52,651 nt of DNA from an uncultured Bacillales bacterium. GTDB taxonomy: Bacteria > Bacillota_I > Bacilli_A > RF39 > UBA660. Numbering within the stretch: position 1 is the first letter of the stretch; every line of letters starts with the position of its first letter. Below are positions 18,817 to 28,550 of the stretch, in pieces. The notes beneath the pieces were generated by a model, which was given only the letters and a program-made list of their open reading frames with translations, was not told the origin of the DNA and made no database searches. The DNA is taken from positions 1 to 52,651 of the forward strand of contig CAMVMQ010000002.1 of NCBI GenBank assembly GCA_947168625.1. Reading direction: 5' to 3'. The position numbers and the translations under genes are program-made.

Positions 18817-19023
18817 GTGAAATTTGTGTTTAGAAAATTTTTAAATTTAGTATTTTTTACTGTTAAGAGATTCATCTTTAGTTTTTTTGTTATTTATACT
18901 TTTAATATTTTTTCTATTTCGATGAATTTTATTATTCCAATGAATTTATTTAATATTTTTCTTGTTATGTTTCTTGGCTTTCCTTTTGTTATGGGTTTTG
19001 CTATTTTCTCTCTTATATTTTAA
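18817..19023 (+). CDS. small membrane protein, BofA-like (pro-sigma-K processing inhibitor family)
   Basis: Two hydrophobic helices. IPMNLFNIFLVMFLGFPFVMGFAIFSLI resembles B. subtilis BofA VPINLVTTAISGILGIPGIAALVVI. Bacillus has bofA at the same position after recR. GTG start without a clear SD. Confidence 0.5.
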   Translation: MKFVFRKFLNLVFFTVKRFIFSFFVIYTFNIFSISMNFIIPMNLFNIFLVMFLGFPFVMGFAIFSLIF

Positions 19024-19035
19024 AGAGGTGATTTT

Positions 19036-19971
19036 ATGTTAGATAAATATAAGACTTCACAAAGTCTTATTTATCATATTTTAAATAATGCTATTTGTAA
19101 TAATAAATTATCTCATGCCTATTTGTTTGATTCTAATAATAATTCTGATGTTTTCGATATTGCTATTTCATTTACTAAAATGATTGTTTGTGCTGGTTTA
19201 CCTTTTGAAAGTCAAAAAAATATTTGTAATCGAATTGATGAGGAAAATTATCTTGATGTTAAAATTGTTGATACAGATGGTATTTGGCTTAAGAAGGATG
19301 AAATTCTTAATATTCAAAATGAGTTTAGTAAAAAGGCGATTGAAGGTAATAAGAAGATATATATAATAAAAAATGCTGAAAAAATGAATAGTCAAACTGC
19401 TAATTCGATTTTAAAGTTTTTAGAAGAGCCTGTTGATGATATTGTAGCTATTTTAATTACTAATGATCTTGATTTGATTCTTCCTACTATTGTTTCTAGA
19501 TGTCAATTACTTAAACTTGTTAGAAAGAAATACAGTATTGATTCGCTATCTAATTATTATAATTTGTTTTTTGATTCTTATTATGGTAAAATATCATCAG
19601 ATGAAGCAGTAAAAAATATTGAAAATGTTATGAATTTTGCTCTTTTTATTGAAAAGAATGGTTTAAGTAGTATTGTTTATTCCAAAAATATATGGCATTC
19701 GCTATTTAAAGATCGTGATGCTAATATTATGGCTTTAGAATTGCTTATTAATGTTTATTTAGATTCTTTAAGATATAAATCTAATTTGAATGTTATTTTT
19801 TTTGGTGATAAAATTGATAATATTAAATTTATAAGTGATTCTAATTCGATGGATAAGCTTATAAATAAGCTTGATATTATTATTGATAGTAGGGAAAGTA
19901 TTAAAAAGAATTTGAATATTTTTTTGCTTATTGATAAAATGATTATAGATATGTGTGGTGATAATTTATGA
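19036..19971 (+). CDS. holB: DNA polymerase III subunit delta prime
   Basis: LSHAYLF, degenerate P-loop region, IVSRCQLLKL motif. Synteny holB-ricT. Confidence 0.85.
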   Translation: MLDKYKTSQSLIYHILNNAICNNKLSHAYLFDSNNNSDVFDIAISFTKMIVCAGLPFESQKNICNRIDEENYLDVKIVDTDGIWLKKDEILNIQNEFSKKAIEGNKKIYIIKNAEKMNSQTANSILKFLEEPVDDIVAILITNDLDLILPTIVSRCQLLKLVRKKYSIDSLSNYYNLFFDSYYGKISSDEAVKNIENVMNFALFIEKNGLSSIVYSKNIWHSLFKDRDANIMALELLINVYLDSLRYKSNLNVIFFGDKIDNIKFISDSNSMDKLINKLDIIIDSRESIKKNLNIFLLIDKMIIDMCGDNL

Positions 19972-20744
19972 GTATTGTTGGTGTTAAGATAGGTGATACT
20001 GGAAAATTATGTTATTTTAATTCTAATGGTCTTTCTTTGAAGAAAGATTTTAATGTTATTGTAAGAAACGATAAAGGTCTTCAATTTGCTAAGATTGTTG
20101 AAATTTTGGATGATGAAAGTTCTTCTAATGTTGATGATATTGTTAGAATTGCTTCAAAAAAAGATTATATGAAGTATTTAAGTAATATTAAAGATGCTGA
20201 AAAGGCAAAAAATAAATGTGTTGAGTTTGTTAAGAGAGATGGTCTTAATATGACTATTATTGATGCCTTGTTTAATTTTGATAAATCGCAATTACTTATT
20301 AGGTTTCTTTCTGATGAAAGAGTTGATTTTAGAAATCTTGCAAAAGAATTGGGGTCAAGATTTAAAACGAGAATTGAATTTAGACAGATTGGTATAAGAG
20401 ATAAGGCAAAAGAAGTTGGTGGACTTGGACCATGTGGACGTTTTCTTTGTTGTAATACTTTTTTAACAGGATTTGATACTATTTCAATTAATATGGCTAA
20501 GAATCAGGGACTTGCTTTAAATCCTGCAAAAATTAATGGTGTTTGTGGTAGACTCTTATGTTGTCTTAATTATGAGAATAATGAGTATGTTGAAGCGCGA
20601 AAGGATATTCCTGAAATTGGTAAGAAAGTTATTATTGATGGTATTGAAGGAAAGGTTATTGCTTCAGATCCTTTAAATCGAAAATACAAGGTTTTGATTG
20701 ATAGTGAAGTTTTAGAAGTTGATAAAAATGATAGTAAAAAATAG
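19968..20744 (+). CDS. ricT: PSP1-domain protein RicT (YaaT)
   Basis: Cys-rich PSP1 motifs GLGPCGRFLCCNTFL and GVCGRLLCCLNYE. 4-nt overlap with holB. Confidence 0.88.
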   Translation: MSIVGVKIGDTGKLCYFNSNGLSLKKDFNVIVRNDKGLQFAKIVEILDDESSSNVDDIVRIASKKDYMKYLSNIKDAEKAKNKCVEFVKRDGLNMTIIDALFNFDKSQLLIRFLSDERVDFRNLAKELGSRFKTRIEFRQIGIRDKAKEVGGLGPCGRFLCCNTFLTGFDTISINMAKNQGLALNPAKINGVCGRLLCCLNYENNEYVEARKDIPEIGKKVIIDGIEGKVIASDPLNRKYKVLIDSEVLEVDKNDSKK

Positions 20745-21450
20745 GCTACTTAATTACAGTGGTTATTATATTTATCAAGATACAGATTTTTTTAAAATGT
20801 CTCTTGATAGTGTTTTGTTGGCTAACTTTGTTACAATTAATTTAAGGGATAAAAATATTATTGATTTAGCTACTGGTAATGCTCCTATTCCTATGTTTTT
20901 ATCTTTTCGTACTAAGGCACATATTTATGGTGTTGAACTTCAAAAAGAAATATTTGATTTGGGAATTACATCTGTTAATGAAAATAATATGAATGAACAG
21001 ATAAATCTTATTAATGATGATGTAAATAATCTTTATAGTAGATTTAAATCTGATTTTTTTGATGTTATTACATGTAATCCACCTTATTTTAGAACAAATA
21101 GTGATTCTTTTGTTAATAATAGTTTAATTAAAGCTAAAGCGCGACATGAAAAAACTTTAAGTTTTGAGGATGTTTGTAAAATTTCAAGGTATTTACTTCG
21201 TATGAATGGTAGACTTGCTATAATTCATAGAACAGAACGATTAATGGAGATAGTGGATACAATGAAAATGTATGATATTGAACCTAAAAAAATTAGATTT
21301 GTTTATCCTAATCATAAAAAAGATAGTGATTTAGTTTTAATTGAAGGAGTTAAGGGAGGTAGAACTGGACTTAAACTTCTTAGTCCACTTTTTGTTTATG
21401 ATAAAAAGGATATTTATTCCGATGAAGTTAGGTCTATGTTTGGAGAGTGA
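20728..21450 (+). CDS. SAM-dependent N6-adenine methyltransferase, YabB/YfiC (tRNA m6A37) family
   Basis: IIDLATGNA SAM-binding loop and CNPPYF catalytic motif. The start is ambiguous: TTG 20719 or ATG 20728, both overlapping the ricT end. Confidence 0.75.
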   Translation: MIVKNRLLNYSGYYIYQDTDFFKMSLDSVLLANFVTINLRDKNIIDLATGNAPIPMFLSFRTKAHIYGVELQKEIFDLGITSVNENNMNEQINLINDDVNNLYSRFKSDFFDVITCNPPYFRTNSDSFVNNSLIKAKARHEKTLSFEDVCKISRYLLRMNGRLAIIHRTERLMEIVDTMKMYDIEPKKIRFVYPNHKKDSDLVLIEGVKGGRTGLKLLSPLFVYDKKDIYSDEVRSMFGE

Positions 21451-21454
21451 TTTT

Positions 21455-22291
21455 ATGGTTCAAAATAGTTATGATGATAGTGCTACTTTATATTTAGTTT
21501 CTACACCGATTGGTAATTTGGATGACATTACCTATAGGTCTGTTAAGGTGCTTGAAGAGGTTAGCGTTATATTTTCAGAAGATACGAGGGTAACTCTTAA
21601 TTTAATTAATTATTTGGGTATTAAGAAGAAACTTACTCCTCTTCATGAGCATAATGAGGATACTGCTAAAGAAAAAGTGTTAGAGTATCTAAAAAGAGGA
21701 GAAAGTGTTGCTCTTGTTACTGATAGGGGAACCCCAATTATTAGTGATCCTGGATATAAGACAGCACAATATATTATAAGTGCGGGATATAATGTTGTTG
21801 CTCTTCCTGGTGCTACGGCTTTTGTTCCTGCTCTTATTAGTTCGGGGATTGCTCCGCAGCCTTTTTTGTTTTATGGTTTTTTAAATAGTAATGATAATAA
21901 AAGAAAAAAAGAGTTGGAAGATCTTTCTGATATTAAATGTACAATGATTTTTTATGAGGCTCCTCATAGAATTATGAAGACTTTGGAGTTGATGTTAGAG
22001 GTATTTGGAGATAGAAATATTAGTATATCGAGAGAAATTACTAAGAAATTTGAAAGTATTTATCGTGGAAGAATAAGCGAAATAAAAAACTTAATTCCTG
22101 AAAAGGGTGAATTTGTTATTGTAGTTGAAGGCTATTCTGGTAAGAATGTTGATAATTCTTTAAGTATTGTTGATGCTGTTAATTTATATATTAAAGCTGG
22201 TGTTTCTGTAATGGATGCTATTAAAAGAGTAGCTAAAGAAAGAGATATTCCTAAGGGAGAAGTATATAGTTTATATCATAAGGGAGTGTGA
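21455..22291 (+). CDS. rsmI: 16S rRNA (cytidine1402-2'-O)-methyltransferase
   Basis: LYLVSTPIGNLDDIT, tetrapyrrole-methylase fold, FYEAPHR. ATG 21455 follows the yabB-like stop. The ORF-track extension from 21341 overlaps the previous gene. Confidence 0.9.
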   Translation: MVQNSYDDSATLYLVSTPIGNLDDITYRSVKVLEEVSVIFSEDTRVTLNLINYLGIKKKLTPLHEHNEDTAKEKVLEYLKRGESVALVTDRGTPIISDPGYKTAQYIISAGYNVVALPGATAFVPALISSGIAPQPFLFYGFLNSNDNKRKKELEDLSDIKCTMIFYEAPHRIMKTLELMLEVFGDRNISISREITKKFESIYRGRISEIKNLIPEKGEFVIVVEGYSGKNVDNSLSIVDAVNLYIKAGVSVMDAIKRVAKERDIPKGEVYSLYHKGV

Positions 22292-22294
22292 GTT

Positions 22295-22867
22295 ATGAAG
22301 TTAGTAGTGGGTCTTGGTAATCCAGGTAAAGAGTATGTTAATACGAGACACAATATTGGTTTTGGACTACTGGATTATATTAGTAAAAAAGATGGTTATT
22401 CTTTTAAGTTTGATAAAAAATTTAATTGCGAGATATTTAGTATTAATATTGATTGCGAAAAGGTACTACTTATTAAACCTCTTTCTTTTATGAATTTATC
22501 TGGGACGGTTGTTAGTAAGATTGTTTCTTTTTATGATATAGATATTGGTGATATTCTTGTTATTCAAGATGATTTGGATATGGAGTTTGGTAAGATTAGA
22601 ATAGTTTATGATAGTTCTAGTGGTGGTCATAATGGTATTAAGAATATTAGTGAGTGTCTGGGTAGTCAGAAATATACGAGATTAAAGATTGGTATTTCGA
22701 ATAATAAAGAAATGGATACTAAGGATTATGTTCTTGGTAAGTTTAGTAAAGATGATATTAATACTTTAGAGCATATTTATGATAAACTTGATAATATTAT
22801 AAATGATTTTATAGATATGGATTTAGATAAATTGAAACAGAAATATAATAGTATGAATAATAATTAG
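22295..22867 (+). CDS. pth: peptidyl-tRNA hydrolase
   Basis: LVVGLGNPGKEY, TRHNIGF, GGHNGIKNI motifs. Confidence 0.95.
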   Translation: MKLVVGLGNPGKEYVNTRHNIGFGLLDYISKKDGYSFKFDKKFNCEIFSINIDCEKVLLIKPLSFMNLSGTVVSKIVSFYDIDIGDILVIQDDLDMEFGKIRIVYDSSSGGHNGIKNISECLGSQKYTRLKIGISNNKEMDTKDYVLGKFSKDDINTLEHIYDKLDNIINDFIDMDLDKLKQKYNSMNNN

Positions 22868-22913
22868 ATACAAGTATTTGTATCTTTTTGGTGCGTGGAA
22901 AGGAGGAAATATT

Positions 22914-25900
22914 ATGGCTTTTTTTGATGGTTTATTTGATATAAATAGTAAGAATGATTATAGTGTTACTGGTTTGAATAAAGAACTTAATAGTATTTAT
23001 ATTTATGATTATTTTTGTAAATATAAGAGAAATATACTTGTATTTTGTAATTCTTTATATGAAGCTAATGATATTTATAATAGAATTTCTTGTTATACTG
23101 ATAGGGTTTTATTTTTTCCGATGGATGATTTTATTGCTAGTGAAGCTACTTCAATTAGTCCTGAATTTATGATTGAAAGACTTAGTACTTTAAATAAATT
23201 ATGTGATGATGATAAATATATTGTTGTTACGAATATGACTGGTATGCTTAGGTATTTACCTAGTAAAGAATTATATAAGTCTAAGTTTATTAAATTATCT
23301 AAGAGTGATAGTATTGATAGGGATAAATTTATTAACGATTTATATGAACTTGGATATGAAAACGTTCCTTTAGTTAGTAAAAGTGGAGAGATGGCTATTA
23401 GGGGTTATGTTATTGATATTTTTCCTATTGGTGAAGAGTCTCCGGTTAGAATTGAGTTTTGGGGGGATGATATTGATAGTATTAAATATTTTGATTTAGA
23501 TACTCAGTTATCTAATGAAGAACTTAATAGTATTGATATTTATCCTTTTACAGAGTTTTTAATAGATAAAAAAATTGATGATAATGTAAATAGAAAGCAG
23601 AAATATTTACTTAATTATTCTAGTGATGTAGATGGTTTATGGGGATACTTAGATGATGCTATAGTGGTTTATTATGATTATAATCAGATTGTTACTAGTT
23701 ATTCACTTCTTAGAGAGACGATACTTGGGTATGATGAGGAAGTTAATGATAGTATTAAGACTAATTATATGTATGATATAAATGATATTAAGGTTAATGA
23801 TGTTATTTATATGATGGATATTGATAATTTAGTGGATAAAAAAATTAAGAGTTACAGTTATTTATCTTTTAATATTGATAATTATGCTGGTAATTTTGAG
23901 AGGATTAAGAGTGATTTAGATAAGTATTTACTTAAGGGTAAGACAATTATTTTGTGTATTGATAAGAAACAAGTAGTTAAAAGAATTGTTAGTTATTTGG
24001 ATATTAATGATGATGTTATATTAACTAATGAGAATGAGATTATTAAGGGTAAGATTAATATTATTAATAAGTATATTACGAATGGTTTTATGTATGAAGA
24101 CTATGTAGTAATATCTGTTAATGATTTATTTGGTAAGATAGAGGAAAAGAAAAAGAGTAAGAATAAGTTTAGAGTAGGAACGAAGATTAGTAATATTGAT
24201 AATTTGGTTAAGGGTGACTATATTGTTCATATTGATCATGGTATTGGTATTTATGGGGAACTTTGTTCTCTTACTAAGAATGGGTTAAAGAAAGATTATA
24301 TTAAGCTTATTTATGCTGATGGAGATGTTTTATATTTACCAGTAGAGAAGATTGATAAGATTAGTAAGTTTAGTGCTTCTGATGGGGCTTTAGTTAGACT
24401 TGATAGTTTATCATCTGATAACTGGGAAAAGAAGAAGGCAAGGGTTAGAAAGAAGTTAGAAAGTATTGCTGGCGACTTAATGAAGTTATCAGTAGAGAGA
24501 GAAATGGCTAAAGGATATGCTTTTTCAGCTGATGATGAGAATCAGATTATGTTTGAGAGTAAATTTCAGTATGAACCTACTTCTGATCAGATAAGAGCAA
24601 CGGAAATTATTAAGAAGGCTATGGAAAGTGATAAGCCAATGGATATGCTTTTATGTGGTGATGTTGGTTATGGTAAGACAGAAGTTGCTTTTAGGGCTAT
24701 ATTTAAGGCTATTAATGATGGTAAACAGGTAGCTTATTTATGTCCGACGACTATTTTATCTAATCAGCAATATAATTCGGCATTAGAAAGATTTAGTGAT
24801 GTTCCGGTTAATATTGCTTTACTTAATAGATTTACTAGTGTTAAGAAACAGAATGAAATTTATAGTAAATTAAAAGAAGGTAAGATTGATATTTTATTTG
24901 GTACACATAAGCTTTTGAATGATAAAGTGGATTTTAAGGATTTAGGATTATTAATTATTGATGAGGAGCAGAGATTTGGTGTTGTACATAAAGAGAAGAT
25001 AAAGAGATATAAGAATAATATTGATGTATTAACTCTTAGTGCTACGCCTATTCCTAGAACTCTTCAGATGTCGATGTCTGGGGTTAGGGGTCTTGCTCTT
25101 ATTGAGACTCCTCCGGAGAAGAGAAGACCTATCCAAACTTATGTAATACCTGAGAATAAGAATATTATTAAGGATGCTATATATAAAGAGTTATCTAGAG
25201 ATGGTCAAGTATTTATGCTTTGTAATAATATTGATAAACTTGATAGTAGAATATCCTTTATTAATGATATTGTTCCTGAAGCTAAAGTAAGGTATGCTCA
25301 TGGTAGAATGAGTAAAGAAGATATTGAAGATGTTATGAATGATTTTATTAATCATGAATTTGATATTTTACTATGTACGACGATTATTGAGACGGGTATT
25401 GATATACCTAATGTTAATACTTTAATTATTCTTGATGCTGATAGATTTGGTTTATCGCAACTTTATCAGATTAGAGGTAGAATTGGTAGAAGTGATAGGA
25501 TAGGTTATGCTTATTTAATGTATGATAATAGAAAAGAACTTAATGATTTAGCTGTTAAGAGACTTAATACGATAAAAGAATTTACGGAACTTGGTAGTGG
25601 TTTTAAGATTGCTATGAGAGATTTATCAATAAGAGGTGCTGGGGATATTCTTGGTAGTGAACAGTCTGGTTTTATTGATAGTATTGGTATTGATTTGTAT
25701 TTAAAGATGCTTAAAGAAGAAGTTGATAAATTAAAGGGTATTAAGGTAGAAGAAGAAGATACTAATATTAAGCCTTTAATCGAAGTTGAAACACATATTA
25801 CTAATGAGTATGCTCCGGATGATGAGATTAAGATTGAGATTCATAAGATGATTAATGATATTAATAGTGAAGAGGATATTATTAATCTTAAGAATGTACT

Positions 25901-26225
25901 TGAAGATAGATTTGGTAGAGTTACTGATGAGATGGTTATTTATATGCATGAGGAGTGGTTTGAAAAACAGGCTAAGATTCTTGGTGTTAAGGAATCTAAA
26001 CAGTCTAAGAACTTTATAGAAGTAGTTCTTCCGATACTTACTTCATCTAAAATTGATGGAGAAAAGTTATTCTTTGATGCTTATGATATTAATAAGAACT
26101 TTAAGTTTTCTTATAAAGATAAAAAGATTCATATTATTTTAGATATTACTAAAAATGAGAAACATTTTATTTATTATTTAAATGAATTATTTGATAAGAT
26201 TATTAAAGAAATAGAAAAGAATTAG
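22914..26225 (+). CDS. mfd: transcription-repair coupling factor
   Basis: UvrB-homology N-terminus, CarD-like segment (GDYIVHIDHGIG), SF2 helicase motifs GDVGYGKTEVA and IIDEEQRFG, TRG region. AGGAGG SD precedes ATG 22914. Confidence 0.96.
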   Translation: MAFFDGLFDINSKNDYSVTGLNKELNSIYIYDYFCKYKRNILVFCNSLYEANDIYNRISCYTDRVLFFPMDDFIASEATSISPEFMIERLSTLNKLCDDDKYIVVTNMTGMLRYLPSKELYKSKFIKLSKSDSIDRDKFINDLYELGYENVPLVSKSGEMAIRGYVIDIFPIGEESPVRIEFWGDDIDSIKYFDLDTQLSNEELNSIDIYPFTEFLIDKKIDDNVNRKQKYLLNYSSDVDGLWGYLDDAIVVYYDYNQIVTSYSLLRETILGYDEEVNDSIKTNYMYDINDIKVNDVIYMMDIDNLVDKKIKSYSYLSFNIDNYAGNFERIKSDLDKYLLKGKTIILCIDKKQVVKRIVSYLDINDDVILTNENEIIKGKINIINKYITNGFMYEDYVVISVNDLFGKIEEKKKSKNKFRVGTKISNIDNLVKGDYIVHIDHGIGIYGELCSLTKNGLKKDYIKLIYADGDVLYLPVEKIDKISKFSASDGALVRLDSLSSDNWEKKKARVRKKLESIAGDLMKLSVEREMAKGYAFSADDENQIMFESKFQYEPTSDQIRATEIIKKAMESDKPMDMLLCGDVGYGKTEVAFRAIFKAINDGKQVAYLCPTTILSNQQYNSALERFSDVPVNIALLNRFTSVKKQNEIYSKLKEGKIDILFGTHKLLNDKVDFKDLGLLIIDEEQRFGVVHKEKIKRYKNNIDVLTLSATPIPRTLQMSMSGVRGLALIETPPEKRRPIQTYVIPENKNIIKDAIYKELSRDGQVFMLCNNIDKLDSRISFINDIVPEAKVRYAHGRMSKEDIEDVMNDFINHEFDILLCTTIIETGIDIPNVNTLIILDADRFGLSQLYQIRGRIGRSDRIGYAYLMYDNRKELNDLAVKRLNTIKEFTELGSGFKIAMRDLSIRGAGDILGSEQSGFIDSIGIDLYLKMLKEEVDKLKGIKVEEEDTNIKPLIEVETHITNEYAPDDEIKIEIHKMINDINSEEDIINLKNVLEDRFGRVTDEMVIYMHEEWFEKQAKILGVKESKQSKNFIEVVLPILTSSKIDGEKLFFDAYDINKNFKFSYKDKKIHIILDITKNEKHFIYYLNELFDKIIKEIEKN

Positions 26226-26252
26226 AGATAATATTTATCTTTAATTTTTTTT
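26149..26252 (+). repeat. direct repeat copy 1: authentic mfd 3' end plus terminator
   Basis: About 104 nt, repeated at 26971..27075 with about 3 mismatches. Confidence 0.9.
26226..26252 (+). terminator. weak AT-rich terminator after mfd
   Basis: AGATAA-TAT-TTATCT hairpin followed by TTAATTTTTTTT. Confidence 0.4.
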
Positions 26253-26309
26253 GGTAACCGCTAGCGCTACCCGAAACAATAAATTGTTTCTCCATAGTCT
26301 TGTAGTTGG
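26253..26309 (-). repeat. structured intergenic element, copy A1
   Basis: GGTAACCGCTAGCGCTACCCG, hairpin GAAACAA/TTGTTTC, then CTCCATAGTCTTGTAG. It is the inverted homologue of 28540..28606. Strand assignment is arbitrary. Confidence 0.7.
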
Positions 26310-26419
26310 AATAAACATTTAGTTAGATGTAATGCTATATATAAAGATTAAATTGTAATAAAATGCTTTTAATTATTTTTGTGATATGATAAAATTAAGG
26401 TAGGAAGGAGTTTAGAAAA

Positions 26420-26941
26420 ATGGAAAATATTGAAAAGGAGAATAAAAGACTTAAAGTATTACTTGTTATTTTAGTAGTTATTTTATTGGGATTAGGTTGT
26501 TATCACTATTATGTTACATTTGTTAATGTTGACAAGTGTGACAGTAAAGTGAATGAAAAACAAGATGACAATTTGTCTTATGAAGAGGTATCAGGATATT
26601 ATACAGCTGAAATACAAGAGAATAGTACTAACAAAACTTCTTATTCATTATATTTATATGATAATGGGACATTTTCATTTACCTGGTCCTACATGGCACC
26701 TGTTGGCTTTATTGGTAATTATACTATAAAAGGAAATCAAATTATTTTAAATCCTTTATATGATACTAATAGTGGTGCAAGTAAGTCAAAAACAAAAAAT
26801 GTAACTACAATATTGACTGTTAATCAAGATAAAACTATTGATACGGATGGTTATAATTTTAGAGGAATAACATTAAAAAAATCTAGTGATGGATTAACAG
26901 AAAATCAATTTGATCATTATTTTAATTATGATGAAGAATAA
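26420..26941 (+). CDS. membrane-anchored hypothetical protein (cassette A)
   Basis: SD GGAAGGAG. Short Lys/Glu-rich N-terminus, then one hydrophobic helix (VLLVILVVILLGLGCY) and a 130-aa extracytoplasmic Ser/Thr/Asn-rich domain. Confidence 0.7.
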   Translation: MENIEKENKRLKVLLVILVVILLGLGCYHYYVTFVNVDKCDSKVNEKQDDNLSYEEVSGYYTAEIQENSTNKTSYSLYLYDNGTFSFTWSYMAPVGFIGNYTIKGNQIILNPLYDTNSGASKSKTKNVTTILTVNQDKTIDTDGYNFRGITLKKSSDGLTENQFDHYFNYDEE

Positions 26942-26970
26942 TAAGTTTATAATAAAATGAATATTTTTAA

Positions 26971-27075
26971 CTAAAAATGAGAAACATTTTATTTGTTATT
27001 TAAATGAATCGTTTGATAAGATTATTAAAGAAATAGAAAAGAATTAGAGATAATATTTATCTTTAATTTTTTTTT
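26971..27075 (+). repeat. direct repeat copy 2: duplicated, non-functional mfd 3' end fragment plus terminator
   Basis: Matches the last ~24 codons of mfd (KNEKHFI.YLNE..DKIIKEIEKN*) and its terminator. No upstream mfd reading frame. Confidence 0.9.
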
Positions 27076-27077
27076 AG

Positions 27078-27135
27078 TTTACCGCTATCGCTAACTCATT
27101 AGCTAAAGCTAATTCGCGGAAAGTCTTCTATTAGA
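27078..27135 (-). repeat. structured intergenic element, copy A2 (diverged)
   Basis: TTTACCGCTATCGCTAA, hairpin ATTAGC/GCTAAT, then GAAAGTCTTCTATTAG. Same position relative to the mfd-end repeat as copy A1. Confidence 0.6.
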
Positions 27136-27234
27136 TGATTTCATTATAAATAGTTGATGCTGAATATATTGAATGATAATGATTGAAAATAATTAAGTAT
27201 TATGCTATATTTATTGTAGAAAGGAGTTTAGAAA

Positions 27235-27837
27235 ATGGAAAAAGAAAAAAGTTATAAAGGATTAATAGTTGTATTATTTGTATTAGTAGTTGTTTTAGGA
27301 GCTTTGTGTCTGTTGTTTGCTACAGGGACTATTAGTTTGAAAGGTGATGAACCACAAGTACCAGTAGAAAATAATGCTAATAACAATGAAACATCTAATG
27401 TTTCTCAAACTGAAGAAGATAGTTTACCAGAATGGGCTGAATATTTGTTAACTCATAATATTAGCCAAATCGCAGTTTATAACCGTAACGTTCCAAAAAC
27501 TTTTGAACCTGGAGATAGTTGTCCTGATCCTGAATACTTAACAAATGGTCAATTTAAATCTGTTTTGAAAGAAATGGTAAAATTTAAATTATCAAAATAT
27601 GTAGATGCTTCTGGTTTTGGTGGCGTTTGTATGAAAAGAATAATTGTAACGTATGATGGCACTAAAAAATTTGAATTGTTATTAAATAAATATATTATAA
27701 CTGACGATAGTAAAATTGAGTCATTACTTGAAAAAGAAAATTATACTGAAAACAGTTCAATGAAAGGAAAAGAAACTAATAAAGATATGTTTGCATATGA
27801 ATGGGATGAATCATATTTAGATAATTTATTAGGATAA
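27235..27837 (+). CDS. membrane-anchored hypothetical protein (cassette B)
   Basis: Same SD/leader (AAAGGAGTTTAGAAAATGGAAAA) and same type of N-terminal anchor (LIVVLFVLVVVLGALCLLF) as cassette A. The ectodomain is unrelated. Confidence 0.7.
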   Translation: MEKEKSYKGLIVVLFVLVVVLGALCLLFATGTISLKGDEPQVPVENNANNNETSNVSQTEEDSLPEWAEYLLTHNISQIAVYNRNVPKTFEPGDSCPDPEYLTNGQFKSVLKEMVKFKLSKYVDASGFGGVCMKRIIVTYDGTKKFELLLNKYIITDDSKIESLLEKENYTENSSMKGKETNKDMFAYEWDESYLDNLLG

Positions 27838-27971
27838 TTAATTAAAATTAATATCGTTAATTGTGATATTGATTTTTTAGTTTGAGTAGTATCTTTAATT
27901 TTTTTATATTATTTGTATAAATATTTAGTTATATGGAAGAATATAAAAGAGAAAGTTAAAGGTGATATTAA

Positions 27972-28502
27972 TTGAAGACTACTGGTGTTATTAGAAGAAT
28001 TGATGAGCTAGGTAGAATTGTTATTCCTAAAGAGATTAGAAAGAATCTTAGAATTAAGAATGGTGAAAGTTTAGAAGTATTTGTAGAAGGAGATTCTATT
28101 GTATTAAAAAAATATTCTCAGTTAGAGAATATAGAGAGTGTATCTGTTGATTATGTAGAAGCTTTTAATCAGATTATTAAACATAATATTATTGTTACGG
28201 ATAGAGATAAAGTTATTGCAGTAGCAGGTCCTTTAAAGAAGAAATATTTAGGTAAAGAAATTAATGAATTTACTGAGAGAAGTATTGATAGGAGAGACTC
28301 TTTTTCGGAAAAGCAAAAGAAGATGTTTAGTGTGATTAAGGATGAAGAAGATAATGGTTATTATACTTTTACATCGATTGTGGATAATGGGGATGCTATT
28401 GGTAGTGTTATTATTATTAGTACGGATACTCCTATTACAGATGTTGAAGATAAGATGGGAATTATTTTATCTAAATTACTTAGTAAACAATTCATAGATT
28501 AA
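27972..28502 (+). CDS. spoVT: stage V sporulation protein T (AbrB/SpoVT N-domain plus C-terminal sensor-like domain)
   Basis: TGVIRRIDELGRIVIPKEIRKNLRI swapped-hairpin motif. 176 aa, as for SpoVT. Neighbour of mfd as in Bacillus. AAAGGTGA SD precedes TTG 27972. Confidence 0.85.
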   Translation: MKTTGVIRRIDELGRIVIPKEIRKNLRIKNGESLEVFVEGDSIVLKKYSQLENIESVSVDYVEAFNQIIKHNIIVTDRDKVIAVAGPLKKKYLGKEINEFTERSIDRRDSFSEKQKKMFSVIKDEEDNGYYTFTSIVDNGDAIGSVIIISTDTPITDVEDKMGIILSKLLSKQFID

Positions 28503-28519
28503 AGTCTATGATTTTTTTT

Positions 28520-28550
28520 CTATCAACAATACCTGTTGATAGAAGATTTT
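28520..28550 (+). terminator. spoVT terminator hairpin made of two inverted DnaA-box-like 9-mers
   Basis: CTATCAACA-ATACC-TGTTGATAG followed by AAGATTTTT. Confidence 0.5.

Noticed and set aside
21341-21454. Long N-terminal extensions proposed by the ORF track, such as rsmI from 21341, tadA from 15619, dut from 28839, mfd from 22878 and tmcAL to 1214.
   Set aside because: The extensions overlap upstream genes or regulatory structures (parS palindrome, T-box terminator). They lack an SD and are not part of the conserved protein N-termini. Internal ATGs with good SDs were preferred.
28520-28542. The inverted pair of DnaA-box-like 9-mers (CTATCAACA/TGTTGATAG) after spoVT as a functional DnaA site.
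   Set aside because: The arrangement forms a standard 9-bp terminator hairpin followed by a T-rich tail directly after a stop codon. About four to five TGTTGATA matches are expected by chance in 52 kb at this base composition.
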